Notes: generated from the letters alone by a model not told the origin. Positions 8,641 through 18,307 are shown, counted from the stretch's first letter. The stretch: 64,000 bases of DNA from an uncultured Acidobacteriota bacterium (GCA_963718845.1 CAVRAD010000009.1:125171-189170), one strand, 5' to 3'. Numbers and translations: made by a program.

Positions 8641-9221
8641 TCACCTCCCAATTCTTTGGCTTTGGCAACAATTTTCCGAAGTCCCTCGATGTCGCGAACC
8701 TTTTTCCCGAATAGGGGAAGGCGGTTGTGAGTAATCAAGCCCGAGTCCGACAGGCGCAAGGGACATTCCACTCAATGGGCTTTGTCGACAATCATGACTT
8801 TAAGCATCAACGAAGTCTCGTGGTTGCGCCCCTTTTTGTTGACAATGTCGAAGAATGCCCTCGATAAGGCGGCTGCATTCTTGCTGCGCTTCCTGTTTTC
8901 CCGCATGGCCATTCTTTTGAGCATGTACATGATGTCCGTGATCTTGATCTCCTGAGGGCAGCGGTGCATGCATTGATAGCAGGAAGCGCAGGTCCAGATG
9001 GTGGTGCTGTCCAGCACCTTGTCCCGCATCCCCGCCCGGATCATGGCAAAGATCTGCCGCGGCGTTTCCTCCATTGCCCATGAGACCGGGCAGGATCCGC
9101 TGCAGGTCCCGCACTGGATGCAATCCTTGATCTTTTCTCCGCCTGGGATGCGATAGATCTCGTCAAGGAAATTCAAATCCATGGCCTGTTCATAAATAAC
9201 CGTCTGCTGCACTCCATTCAT
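8637..9221 (-). CDS. hdrC: Heterodisulfide reductase subunit C-like (2x[4Fe-4S]) with an in-frame TGA at 8770-8772.
   Basis: ORF 8772..9221 has CIQCGTCSGSCPV...CASCYQCMHRCPQEI. The same frame continues after the TGA as VECPLRLSDSGLITHNRLPLFGKKVRDIEGLRKIVAKAKELGGE*. The stop overlaps the hdrB ATG. Confidence 0.7.
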
Positions 9222-9928
9222 GAAGAGCCTCCGGTGCCCGGCGCAATCTCACGGAATCCTAAGGGATGCTGTGCATCGCGGGCTAAACGACGTATACCTG
9301 TTTTCCTCGATTTAATATCAAAAGATAAAATTCCCGAGGGCAGCCTTACCCTCCCATCGGGTCCTCCATCTTCATGGTCTGAACTGTAGCGTGAACAAAT
9401 TACCTTATTGAGCGCGATTATAGGACACGGGTTGTCCTACTGAGTATGTTTTATATGCACTTAACCGGCCATATTTTGTGAATTCGTGGAATAAAAATAT
9501 AAAGTCAAATAATACAAGGATATAACAGGAGTATATTTATTCTATTTGAAATATTGCATGAAAAAGTCGGCGTGAAAAATCCCAAATTGTGGTTGAATGA
9601 ACCAATTATGCGGGTCAAATAACCCAACATGCAGGTCGCCGTGCCTGGTTATAGTGTCCCTTCAGTAAGATTCCTGATGCCAGATTCCAGATTTGGAAAC
9701 ACTACTGTCCGGTTAAGGATTTGCGCTGATTTGGTTTGTTTAGCGCATCCATTTTTCTGGCCGATAGGGATTCCAGTTTTTTCGCGAAGCATGAAATCCG
9801 GCCCGTGGTAGTATAGTCAGCCGCAATAGAATTTTGACAATCTGGTCCGAAATGATTGGAGTGGTGCCACAGGTTTTCAGCGAAGGACGCTTCATGTTCA
9901 GTCTTCCGCCTATTCTCCCGGACTTATA

Positions 9929-10831
9929 ATGGATCTAAATTACATACTGGGCGTTTTTACGGCAATCTTTTGCGGAGTTTGCATGCAAACCGGCATCATT
10001 CTCCAAAAGAAGGCAGTGAACGACATGCCCACAGCCGACAAAACGCAAAGGTTCCTGGCGGCGCTTCTTAAAAACCCTCGATGGCTGGGAGGCCTCGCAC
10101 TGGAATATGGCGTGGGCACCTGTGCATTCATGATCGCACAGAGCCTGATCGGTCCGGCCCTGGTTCCCGGGCTTATGGCCTCGGGCTTGATTGTTCTGGC
10201 AATTGGTTCGGTCAAGATAATTGGAGAAGCACTCAACCTATCGGAATATATTGGGATTGCCCTGCTGATGGCTGGAATCTTGTTGCTCGGTCTAAGTGAG
10301 CTTGAAATAAACGTGGATGTCGTCCGGGATCGTCTGGCGGATTCAAACACTGCTTTACGAATTGCCATCCTTAGCATAAGCCTCTTCTTGTTATGGGGCT
10401 GGACCCATTTTCAGTCGCTCAAGCTTGCACGACGAAAGGGCATTCTCATGGCCTTTTCGAACGGATTTCCATTCGCAATCTCCAATTTCTGGATCAGTCC
10501 GCTCATAGCTGTGTTCGCAGTTGTCATGACCGGCAATGGCAATTGGCGGCAGACCGGGCTGTTTGTGTTGGCCAGCGTTATTCTTGTGGGATGCAATGTT
10601 CTTGGCATCAGGCAGACCAACGAGGCATTCAAGTATGCCCAGGCAAGCAATGTCATCCCGGTACAGCAGCTGTCAGTGCAGATTACGCCCATCTTGTTTT
10701 ACTTTTACGTCTATGCCCTAAAGCCCTCGAAGACTATTTCCGCCGTGTTTATCCTTGTAGCCGTTGCACTGATTATCCTTGCGGCGTTCCTTCTGGGCAG
10801 AAGGCAGTCGGAGCTTGAAAAGATAAAGTAA
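9929..10831 (+). CDS. Integral membrane protein, DMT-superfamily (EamA-like) transporter, ~10 TM helices.
   Basis: A 300-aa hydrophobic ORF with two similar halves and no frameshift. Identity comes from general EamA-like topology only. Confidence 0.5.
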   Translation: MDLNYILGVFTAIFCGVCMQTGIILQKKAVNDMPTADKTQRFLAALLKNPRWLGGLALEYGVGTCAFMIAQSLIGPALVPGLMASGLIVLAIGSVKIIGEALNLSEYIGIALLMAGILLLGLSELEINVDVVRDRLADSNTALRIAILSISLFLLWGWTHFQSLKLARRKGILMAFSNGFPFAISNFWISPLIAVFAVVMTGNGNWRQTGLFVLASVILVGCNVLGIRQTNEAFKYAQASNVIPVQQLSVQITPILFYFYVYALKPSKTISAVFILVAVALIILAAFLLGRRQSELEKIK

Positions 10832-10866
10832 ATCTCTGCACCATCGATTTATTCATTCGTAAATCG

Positions 10867-12720
10867 TCATTCGACGGTGACACTTTTTGCGAGGTTGCGC
10901 GGTTGGTCGACATCGCATCCGCGCAGCACGGCGATGTGGTAGGCCAAAAGCTGCAGGGGAACGATCATCAGTATCGGGAGCAGGCAATCGGCGATTTCCG
11001 GTATGCGGATGACGTGTTTAGATAGCCCGGCAATGCGGTCATCGTCCTCGCTTGCCAGGGCAACGATGATCCCTTCCCGCGCGCGCACTTCTTCGATGTT
11101 GCTGATCATTTTTTCGTAGCGCAGCACGGATTTGGGATTTCGTTTATCTCTGGCGGCCAGTGTGATGACGGGGAGGTTCTGGTCGATCAGGGCGTTGGGC
11201 CCGTGCTTCATTTCCCCGGCCGGATATCCTTCGGCGTGGATGTAGGAAATTTCTTTCAGCTTCAGCGCGCCCTCGAGTGCGATCGGATAATGAATGCCGC
11301 GTCCCAGGTACAGGGCGTTATTGCATCGGAGCAGCCTCCGGGCGATTTCCTCGTAGGTAGAGGTCTGATCCAGCATCTGTTCGATGCAATGCGGCACGCG
11401 AGCCAGTTCAGCGAGCAGCGGCTCCATCTGTTCCTGCGGGATTTGATTTCGTGCTCGAGCCAGGTACAGCGCTACCAGGACGAGAACGGCAATCTGGCTG
11501 GTGAAAGCTTTTGTGGAAGCGACCCCGATCTCCGGCCCGCTGCGCGTGTACAGGTTTCCATCGCTTTCCCGGGAAAGCATGCTCCCGACGACATTGCAGA
11601 TCGACAGGATCCTGGCGTGTTTTGCCTTTGCTTCACGGACCGCGGCCAGCGTGTCTGCCGTCTCGCCGGATTGACTGATAGCGATGACAAGGGAATTGGC
11701 GTTGACCAGCGGATTGCGATAGCGGAATTCCGAACCATAGTCGATTTCTACCGGTATGCGCGCGAAATCCTCGATTAAGAATTTGCCGACCAGAGCCGCG
11801 TGCCAGGAAGTCCCGCAGGCCACAATGTGGATCCGCTCGATTTTACTGAGCACATCTTCGGGGATGTTTGCCTCCTCGAGCAGGACCTCTCCGGAGTCCA
11901 GGGAAACACGGCCTGCGATAGTTTCCCGCAAACTGCGAGGCTGCTCATAAATTTCCTTGAGCATGAAGTGAGGAAAGCCGCCCTTTTCGGCCATTTCCGA
12001 ACTCCACTGAACTTCCTGCGGCGTGAATCCGATCTCGTGTCCGTGGAAATCCTGGATGACGACTCCCCCGGGCGAAAGAATGGCTATTTCGCCGTCCTTC
12101 ATAAAATACATAGTGCGGGTATGCTCCAGCAGCGCTGGAACGTCGGATGCCACAAAGTACTCGGTATCGCCCAACCCCACGATGAGCGGCGGGCCGTTGC
12201 GGGCAGCTAAAATCGTTCCCGGGCAGTCGGCCGAAATAATGCAAACAGCAAGACTGCCGCGCAGCTGTTCTATTGCGGCGCACGCCGCTTCGGGGAATGT
12301 CCTTCCCGGCAACATCGACTCCACGAGGTGCGCAATAACCTCGGTATCGGTCTCGGTAACGAACCGGTGGTTGCTTTCCTGCAGCCTGGTTTTCAGCTCG
12401 AGATAGTTTTCGATGATTCCATTGTGCACAACGACGATCCGGCCCGTGCAGTCGCGGTGCGGGTGCGCATTTTCTTCCGTCGGGCGGCCGTGGGTTGCCC
12501 AGCGCGTATGGCCAATTCCATAGTCTCCATCCAACGGTTCGGATTCGAGGGAACGCACAAGATTCGTCAGCTTGCCTGAGGTCCGCCGGATCAAAACCTG
12601 GCGATCGCGCACGACCGCGATTCCTGCAGAATCATATCCGCGATATTCCAGCTTGCGCAGCCCATTGATAATGACGGAAACAACGGACTTTGAACCCACA
12701 TATCCGACAATCCCACACAT
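10867..12720 (-). CDS. glmS: Glutamine--fructose-6-phosphate aminotransferase (isomerising).
   Basis: MCGIVGYVG...[11 protein letters not shown]-terminal Ntn amidotransferase domain, two SIS domains and a C-terminal ...AKSVTVE. 617 aa, full length, no frameshift. Confidence 0.95.
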   Translation of the reverse strand: MCGIVGYVGSKSVVSVIINGLRKLEYRGYDSAGIAVVRDRQVLIRRTSGKLTNLVRSLESEPLDGDYGIGHTRWATHGRPTEENAHPHRDCTGRIVVVHNGIIENYLELKTRLQESNHRFVTETDTEVIAHLVESMLPGRTFPEAACAAIEQLRGSLAVCIISADCPGTILAARNGPPLIVGLGDTEYFVASDVPALLEHTRTMYFMKDGEIAILSPGGVVIQDFHGHEIGFTPQEVQWSSEMAEKGGFPHFMLKEIYEQPRSLRETIAGRVSLDSGEVLLEEANIPEDVLSKIERIHIVACGTSWHAALVGKFLIEDFARIPVEIDYGSEFRYRNPLVNANSLVIAISQSGETADTLAAVREAKAKHARILSICNVVGSMLSRESDGNLYTRSGPEIGVASTKAFTSQIAVLVLVALYLARARNQIPQEQMEPLLAELARVPHCIEQMLDQTSTYEEIARRLLRCNNALYLGRGIHYPIALEGALKLKEISYIHAEGYPAGEMKHGPNALIDQNLPVITLAARDKRNPKSVLRYEKMISNIEEVRAREGIIVALASEDDDRIAGLSKHVIRIPEIADCLLPILMIVPLQLLAYHIAVLRGCDVDQPRNLAKSVTVE

Positions 12721-12956
12721 AGATCACCCTCGATTCATCGACTCAGTTTCCAGGGCTCCGAGTGACTTGCCCTGCCGCGCCTTCCAAAAGAAGACTTGCC
12801 CGGGCATTGCTAAACCATATTTGTGTTACAATCCCCGCCGGCGCTCCAAGTCGTGCCAAGATTATAGATTACGTGAGCAAACGGGGCAACTGTCAGTGAA
12901 TTATCGACGCCAGTTGCCGAGGCTCCCTATCCTTTATCGGATAATTGCGGTGAAAC

Positions 12957-13439
12957 ATGGAAATAAAAAACATCCGGCTGTCTGTTCCCGAAAACTGCAA
13001 TATCATCGTGGGTCAGAGTCATTTTATCAAAACGGTTGAAGATCTCTACGAGGCGATCACCACCGGGTGCGCGCACTGCAAATTCGGGATCGCTTTCTGC
13101 GAAGCTTCCGGGCCTTGCCTGATCCGGGTTGAAGGCAACGACGAGGAGCTGATAAGGGTTTCTGCCGAAAACGCCATAATCCTGGGCGCCGGTCACGCGT
13201 TTGTCATTCTGCTCAAAGACGCATTTCCAATCAACGTGCTCAACGCGATCAAAGGCTGCTCCGAGGTCTGCCATGTTTTTTGCGCCACCGCCAATCCGCT
13301 GGAAGCGATCGTGGCCGAAACGGATCAGGGTCGCGGCATCCTGGGAGTGATTGATGGGTTCTCGCCCAAGGGAATCGAAACCGAGGGAGACGCAAAAACA
13401 AGGAGAGAATTCCTGCGGAAAATCGGATACAAAAGATAA
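12957..13439 (+). CDS. Adenosine-specific kinase family protein (PF04008-like).
   Basis: [23 protein letters not shown]...[23 protein letters not shown]...[14 protein letters not shown]...FLRKIGYK matches my recollection of this conserved archaeal/bacterial family. 160 aa, intact. Confidence 0.6.
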   Translation: MEIKNIRLSVPENCNIIVGQSHFIKTVEDLYEAITTGCAHCKFGIAFCEASGPCLIRVEGNDEELIRVSAENAIILGAGHAFVILLKDAFPINVLNAIKGCSEVCHVFCATANPLEAIVAETDQGRGILGVIDGFSPKGIETEGDAKTRREFLRKIGYKR

Positions 13440-13467
13440 ACCGGAAACGGTTTATTCGGGAGAATCG

Positions 13468-15900
13468 ATGAGCGCCAAAAACAATGAGCTGTCTCCGCAA
13501 TGTCTGCGCTGGACTTGTGATCCTTCTGTTTTTTCATTCAAGACGACGGCAGAGATACCTCCGCTTCAAGGCATCGTGGAGCAGGAGCGCCCGATCCGGG
13601 CTATTCGCTTCGGCCTCGATATAACCTCTCCTGGTTTCAACATTTATGTGAGTGGCCTGACAGGGACCGGGAAAACGACAGTTATCAAGACCTTCCTCGA
13701 GGAAATCGCCGCGAAAATGCCTTGCCCGGATGACTGGTGTTACGTCTACAATTTCCGGGATCCCTATTGCCCCACGATACTGAATCTGCCGGCCGGGCGG
13801 GCTAAAGGTCTCAAGGCTGAGATGGATGAGCTTGTCCGCCACTTTAAGACCGCTATTCCCAAGGCTTTCGAGTCCAAAGAATACGAAGAGAGCGTAACCC
13901 AGCTTCATCGCGAGAATCAGGTACAGCAGCAGCTCCTTCTGGAAAAGCTTTCAGAAAAAGCGCGCGCGGAACAATTCGAGATCGAAATTTCGAAAGTAGG
14001 CGTTTCTCTGCTGCCTATGATCGACGGAAAACCGATGACCGCCGACCAGTATGAAGCGCTGGATCCGGAGGCCAAAAAGCAGATTGATGTCCGCAGGTCC
14101 GGACTTGACCCGGAGATTCAGTCGTTTCTCCGGCAGGTGCGCGATGCGAACAAAGACAGCCGCGATCGAGTCAACGAAATGCACCGGCGCGTCGGACTCT
14201 ATGTCGTAGGTGTCCGGATTGACGGGATCAAAGAGCAACACCCCGGATTTCCGCAGATAACGTCCTATCTGGACGATGTTCAAGAATACATACTCTCTCA
14301 CCTGGAGGATTTCACCGAAGATTCTGCGAAACAGGATTCATCCGGCTTGTCTCAGCTCCGATTGGATGCGCCGATCGATCCTTTTGCCAAGTACACTGTC
14401 AATATCGTGGTAGACAACACGGATCTCAAGGGAGCTCCGGTAATCATTGAAACCAATCCTACGTATTACAACTTGTTTGGACGCGTGGAACGGCGCGCGC
14501 AGTTCGGCACGCTTTCAGGCGATTTCACTCTTATCCGCGCCGGTTCTTACGCCAAAGCGAATGGTGGATTTCTCGTTGTCAATGCGCACGATGTTCTCCT
14601 GAACGCCGGCGTTTGGGAAACTCTGAAGCGCACGGTGAAAAACAAGGAGGTGTGGATCGAGGACATGACCGAGCAGCTGGGACTTGTCGCGGTTGCGGGC
14701 ATGCGGCCGAATCCTATCCCCGCCAACGTGAAGGTCATCATGATCGGCCACCAGATGATTTACCACGAGCTGTATAGCCTGGACGAAGATTTCCGCAAAA
14801 TTTTCAAAGTGAAAGCAGACTTCGACTCTGAAATGGCCAGGGATGCGCGCGCCTTCGTGGACTATGCCTCCTTCATCAGCTCGCGCTGCCACGACGAGGG
14901 CCTGCTGCACTTCGCCCCGTCAGGAGTGGCGGAAGTGATCGAATACGGCTCATGGCTGGTAGACAATCAGCAGAAGCTGTCGGCCCGCTTCAGCGATATC
15001 GCCGACATCGTTCGAGAAGCGAATTACTGGGCGCGCAACGCCGGTGAACCCATTATTTCCGCCGCGCATGTGAGGCGCGCGATTGAAGAAAAATACTACC
15101 GGTCCAGCCTGATCGAAGAACGGATCCGGGAGATGATCACCGATGGAACGATTCTCGTGGATGTAGCCGGAGAGGCGGTGGGACAAGTAAACGGATTGGC
15201 GGTAATGGACCTGGGAGATATCCGCTTTGGCAGGCCTTCCCGCATCACCGCGAAGACCTTTATGGGCAAGAGCGGTGTCATCGACATAGAACGCGAATCC
15301 AAGATGAGCGGGAAGATTTATGACAAGGGAGTGCTTATTTTGAGCGGCTATCTCGGTTCCAGATTCGCGCAGGAACGGCCCCTGTCTGTCGCCGCCAGCC
15401 TCTGTTTCGAACAATCGTACGACGGGATCGACGGAGACAGCGCTTCCTCGACGGAGCTCTATGCGCTGCTTTCAAGCCTGTCAAAAATTCCCATTAAACA
15501 GGGGATTGCCGTAACAGGATCCGTCAACCAGAACGGCCAAGTTCAGCCCATCGGAGGCGTAAACCAGAAGATCGAAGGGTTTTTCGACGTGTGCAAAGCG
15601 CAGGGTTTAACCGGCACGCAGGGCGTGATGATCCCCGGTCAGAACGCGAAAAACCTGATGCTGCGCCACGATGTCGTGGATGCCGTAGCGGCCGGTACCT
15701 TTCACATTTATGCCGTCAGCACCATCGATGAGGGAATAGAAGTTTTGACCGGTATTCCTGCGGGTGAAAAGACCGATCAAAATGCCTTCCCGGAAGGCAC
15801 TGTAAATTATCGTGTCGAACAGCGTTTGAAGGAATTTGCCGAAGCTCTCCGCACGTTCGGCCGGGAAGAGGAAGCAAGGATTAAAGGATTAAAGGATTAA
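13468..15900 (+). CDS. Lon-related ATP-dependent protease (AAA+ ATPase with Lon S16 protease domain, no Lon N-domain).
   Basis: Walker A GLTGTGKTT, a long helical insert, and a C-terminal protease domain GDSASSTELYALLSSLSKIPIKQGIAVTGSVNQNGQVQPIGGVNQKIEG (Ser-Lys dyad context). The ORF extends to 13351, but the MSAKNN start at 13468 fits better. The stop codon TAA lies inside the GGATTAAA repeat. Confidence 0.8.
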   Translation: MSAKNNELSPQCLRWTCDPSVFSFKTTAEIPPLQGIVEQERPIRAIRFGLDITSPGFNIYVSGLTGTGKTTVIKTFLEEIAAKMPCPDDWCYVYNFRDPYCPTILNLPAGRAKGLKAEMDELVRHFKTAIPKAFESKEYEESVTQLHRENQVQQQLLLEKLSEKARAEQFEIEISKVGVSLLPMIDGKPMTADQYEALDPEAKKQIDVRRSGLDPEIQSFLRQVRDANKDSRDRVNEMHRRVGLYVVGVRIDGIKEQHPGFPQITSYLDDVQEYILSHLEDFTEDSAKQDSSGLSQLRLDAPIDPFAKYTVNIVVDNTDLKGAPVIIETNPTYYNLFGRVERRAQFGTLSGDFTLIRAGSYAKANGGFLVVNAHDVLLNAGVWETLKRTVKNKEVWIEDMTEQLGLVAVAGMRPNPIPANVKVIMIGHQMIYHELYSLDEDFRKIFKVKADFDSEMARDARAFVDYASFISSRCHDEGLLHFAPSGVAEVIEYGSWLVDNQQKLSARFSDIADIVREANYWARNAGEPIISAAHVRRAIEEKYYRSSLIEERIREMITDGTILVDVAGEAVGQVNGLAVMDLGDIRFGRPSRITAKTFMGKSGVIDIERESKMSGKIYDKGVLILSGYLGSRFAQERPLSVAASLCFEQSYDGIDGDSASSTELYALLSSLSKIPIKQGIAVTGSVNQNGQVQPIGGVNQKIEGFFDVCKAQGLTGTQGVMIPGQNAKNLMLRHDVVDAVAAGTFHIYAVSTIDEGIEVLTGIPAGEKTDQNAFPEGTVNYRVEQRLKEFAEALRTFGREEEARIKGLKD

Positions 15901-16010
15901 AGGATTAAAGAGGATTAGAGGATCAAAGGATTAAAGGGGTAGAGGGATATTGGTGGCTGTAACCTGCATCCGGTCCCTTTAATCCTCTAATCCTTTAATC
16001 CTCTAATCCT
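15875..16010. repeat. GGATTAAA-type tandem octamer/heptamer array forming an inverted-arm hairpin.
   Basis: aggattaaaggattaaaggattaaag...ccctttaatcctctaatcctttaatcctctaatcc. Directly abuts and supplies the lon stop codon, and precedes moeA. Confidence 0.85.
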
Positions 16011-16036
16011 AAGCTACAGGGGAGCGGGAGATTTAT

Positions 16037-17257
16037 ATGATAAGCGTGGAAGAGGCCCTGGAGATTTTGCAGTCAAACCTGCCTGAGCGCAAAGTGGAGT
16101 GTGTCCCGTTTCAGGAATCGCTGGGACGTGTCATAGCTGAAAATCTCGCGGCCACAAGCGATATACCGCCCTTTTACCGGTCTTCTATGGACGGCTATGC
16201 CGTACTGGCTGCCGATGTGGAAAATCCGCCCGTGGAGCTCAGGATTGCCGGAGAAAGCCGGGCCGGAGGCGGAATCCCCGGGACTCTGAAATCCGGCGAA
16301 GCCATTGCCACCATGACGGGCGCTCCTGTCCCTGAAGGGGCAGATGCTGTCCAGGTGATTGAGCAATGCGAAATCATCGACGGCGGGCGGAAAGTCAGGA
16401 TCTTGAAGCCGGTCAAGGCTCATGAAAATATTGCTCCACGCGGATCCGAAGCGAAATCCGGAAACGTTGTCCTGGCAGCGGGGCATCGAGTAGGGCCCGC
16501 GGAAATCGCCGTTATGGCGACGTTCGGATACGGCGAGGTCAAAGTTTACGGAAAGCCCGCAGTAGCGATTTTTGCGACCGGCGATGAACTGGTCGAGTTC
16601 GATCAGATGCCTCAGCCTGATCAAATCCGAAATTCCAATGCCTATTGTTTGGCCAGCCAATTGCGGCTCATGGGCTTGGAACCCGACTATCTTGGAATCG
16701 TGAGAGACGACCGGGAAGAGCTGCGGCAAAAGATGCTGGCGGGCCTCGAGCGGGATGTCCTGATCATTACCGGCGGAGTCTCCATGGGGGAATATGATTT
16801 CGTTCGGGATGTTTTTCAGGATCTGGAACTTGAAATTCTGTTCAGCAAGGTCGCCATCAAACCCGGCAAACCCACGGTGTTTGCCCGCCGAGGAAACAAA
16901 CTTGTTTTCGGGTTGCCGGGAAATCCCATATCCGCTTTGATTACATTCGAGTGCTTTGTCCGTCCCGTGCTGGGCCGGCTTTGCGGCGCGGCAAATCCGG
17001 AATTGCCCAGGATGAAAGGCGAATTGCTGGCCGACATGAGACAGTCTCCGGGACGAACTGCCTTCCTGCCTGCATGGGTGACCTGGCAGGACGATGGATG
17101 GAAAGTGGATCCGCTGCGGTGGAAGAGCTCGGCGGACATCGTCGGATTCACAGGTGCGAATGCAACGTTCATCTTTCCCAAGAACCGTGATCTTTTAAGC
17201 CGGGGAGAGATTGTGGAAATAATGCTGCTGCCTGACTTCTTTGTCCGGCAGCGCTAA
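16037..17257 (+). CDS. moeA: Molybdopterin molybdenumtransferase.
   Basis: A 406-aa MoeA/gephyrin E-domain protein (GDEL...ITGGVSMGEYD...GLPGNP). Intact. Confidence 0.9.
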   Translation: MISVEEALEILQSNLPERKVECVPFQESLGRVIAENLAATSDIPPFYRSSMDGYAVLAADVENPPVELRIAGESRAGGGIPGTLKSGEAIATMTGAPVPEGADAVQVIEQCEIIDGGRKVRILKPVKAHENIAPRGSEAKSGNVVLAAGHRVGPAEIAVMATFGYGEVKVYGKPAVAIFATGDELVEFDQMPQPDQIRNSNAYCLASQLRLMGLEPDYLGIVRDDREELRQKMLAGLERDVLIITGGVSMGEYDFVRDVFQDLELEILFSKVAIKPGKPTVFARRGNKLVFGLPGNPISALITFECFVRPVLGRLCGAANPELPRMKGELLADMRQSPGRTAFLPAWVTWQDDGWKVDPLRWKSSADIVGFTGANATFIFPKNRDLLSRGEIVEIMLLPDFFVRQR

Positions 17258-17258
17258 C

Positions 17259-17356
17259 CGGAATTACGAATTACGAATGACGAATTACGATTGGAATCAT
17301 CCTCCATCAATAATTCGTAATTCGTCATTCGTCATTCGAATTCGTAATTCGTAATC
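17259..17356. repeat. TTACGAA-type heptamer hairpin.
   Basis: ggaattacgaattacgaatgacgaattacga...taattcgtaattcgtcattcgtcattcgaattcgtaattcgtaat, immediately after the moeA stop. Confidence 0.85.
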
Positions 17357-17387
17357 TCTTATATGAGTATAAAAAAACAGACACGAG

Positions 17388-17861
17388 TTGACACATGTGG
17401 ATTCGAAGGGGCGGGCGCGGATGGTGGATGTTACGGAGAAGTCCGTTACTTCGCGGCGCGCCGTGGCGGAGTCTTTTGTCCGGCTTTCCCGCAAGACGCT
17501 GTCTCTGCTTCGCGGCGGCGCACTGCCTAAAGGAAATGCATTGGAAACAGCGCGACTTGCTGGCATCCTGGCAGCCAAGCGGACGCCGGACCTCATTCCC
17601 CTGTGCCACCCGCTTCTTCTGACGCATGTGGACGTGGAGGCGGAACCGCGTGGCAACGGCGTGCGGTTTCTCGCCAGCGTCTCCTGCGCCGGAACTACTG
17701 GCGTGGAGATGGAAGCGCTGACGGCTGCATCCGTAGCCGCGCTGACTCTTTACGATATGGTCAAAGCCGTGGAGAAAGGGGCCACGATCGAAAGGGTGCA
17801 GCTGCTGGAAAAAAGCGGCGGCAAGAGCGGCCTCTACCGACGTACTCGGACGGGACACTAG
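17388..17861 (+). CDS. moaC: Cyclic pyranopterin monophosphate synthase.
   Basis: [24 protein letters not shown]...LIPLCHPL...[20 protein letters not shown]; TTG or GTG start. Confidence 0.9.
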   Translation: MTHVDSKGRARMVDVTEKSVTSRRAVAESFVRLSRKTLSLLRGGALPKGNALETARLAGILAAKRTPDLIPLCHPLLLTHVDVEAEPRGNGVRFLASVSCAGTTGVEMEALTAASVAALTLYDMVKAVEKGATIERVQLLEKSGGKSGLYRRTRTGH

Positions 17862-17921
17862 TGTCCCGTCCCGGAAGTCTCTGGTACACTGAACATGCGA
17901 TCCTAGAGCGCGAGAGGAATT

Positions 17922-18290
17922 ATGCCCATATTTGAATACTACTGCCGGAAATGCAAACGGAAGATGAGCTTCCTGGTTTTGTCGCCTTCCTCATTCAAGC
18001 CCGCCTGCAAATTCTGCCGGGGGGAAGATATCGAGCAGCTTTATTCACGGTTTGCCATGCCAAAATCAGAGGAGAGCAGGCTGGAGTCCCTGGCGGATCC
18101 GTCGAGTTTTTCAGGTCTGGACGAGAACGATCCCGGGAGCGTCGCCCGCTGGATGAAAAAAATGGGCAAGGAAATGGGTGAGGATTTTGCCGGAGAAGAT
18201 ATCGACCAGCTTGCGGACGAAGCTGCCCGCGAGGCTGCCGGCGAGGGAGAAACAGGCGATTCGGGCGGCGGCTCTTCAGACGATCTGTAG
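17922..18290 (+). CDS. FmdB-family zinc-ribbon protein with an acidic tail.
   Basis: MPIFEYYCRKCKRK...CKFCRG, a CxxC...CxxC zinc ribbon, followed by an Asp/Glu-rich C-terminus. Confidence 0.6.
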   Translation: MPIFEYYCRKCKRKMSFLVLSPSSFKPACKFCRGEDIEQLYSRFAMPKSEESRLESLADPSSFSGLDENDPGSVARWMKKMGKEMGEDFAGEDIDQLADEAAREAAGEGETGDSGGGSSDDL

Positions 18291-18307
18291 CCGGGCCGCT
18301 GAGCGGC

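Noticed and set aside
12721-12956. Searched the glmS 5' leader for a glmS ribozyme, and spotted a TGGCACG...GGAGC sigma-54-like string.
   Set aside because: No glmS-ribozyme core (e.g. the conserved P2/P2.1 pseudoknot sequence) is visible. The -24/-12 spacing of the sigma-54-like motif is off by one and the -12 GC is not in register.
12572-13039. ORF 12572..13039 (155 aa) spanning the glmS start and the intergenic region.
   Set aside because: It overlaps the glmS N-terminus in antisense and the intergenic leader, has a composition dominated by R/P/S/T and no homolog features. The real gene there is the adenosine-kinase-family ORF from 12957.
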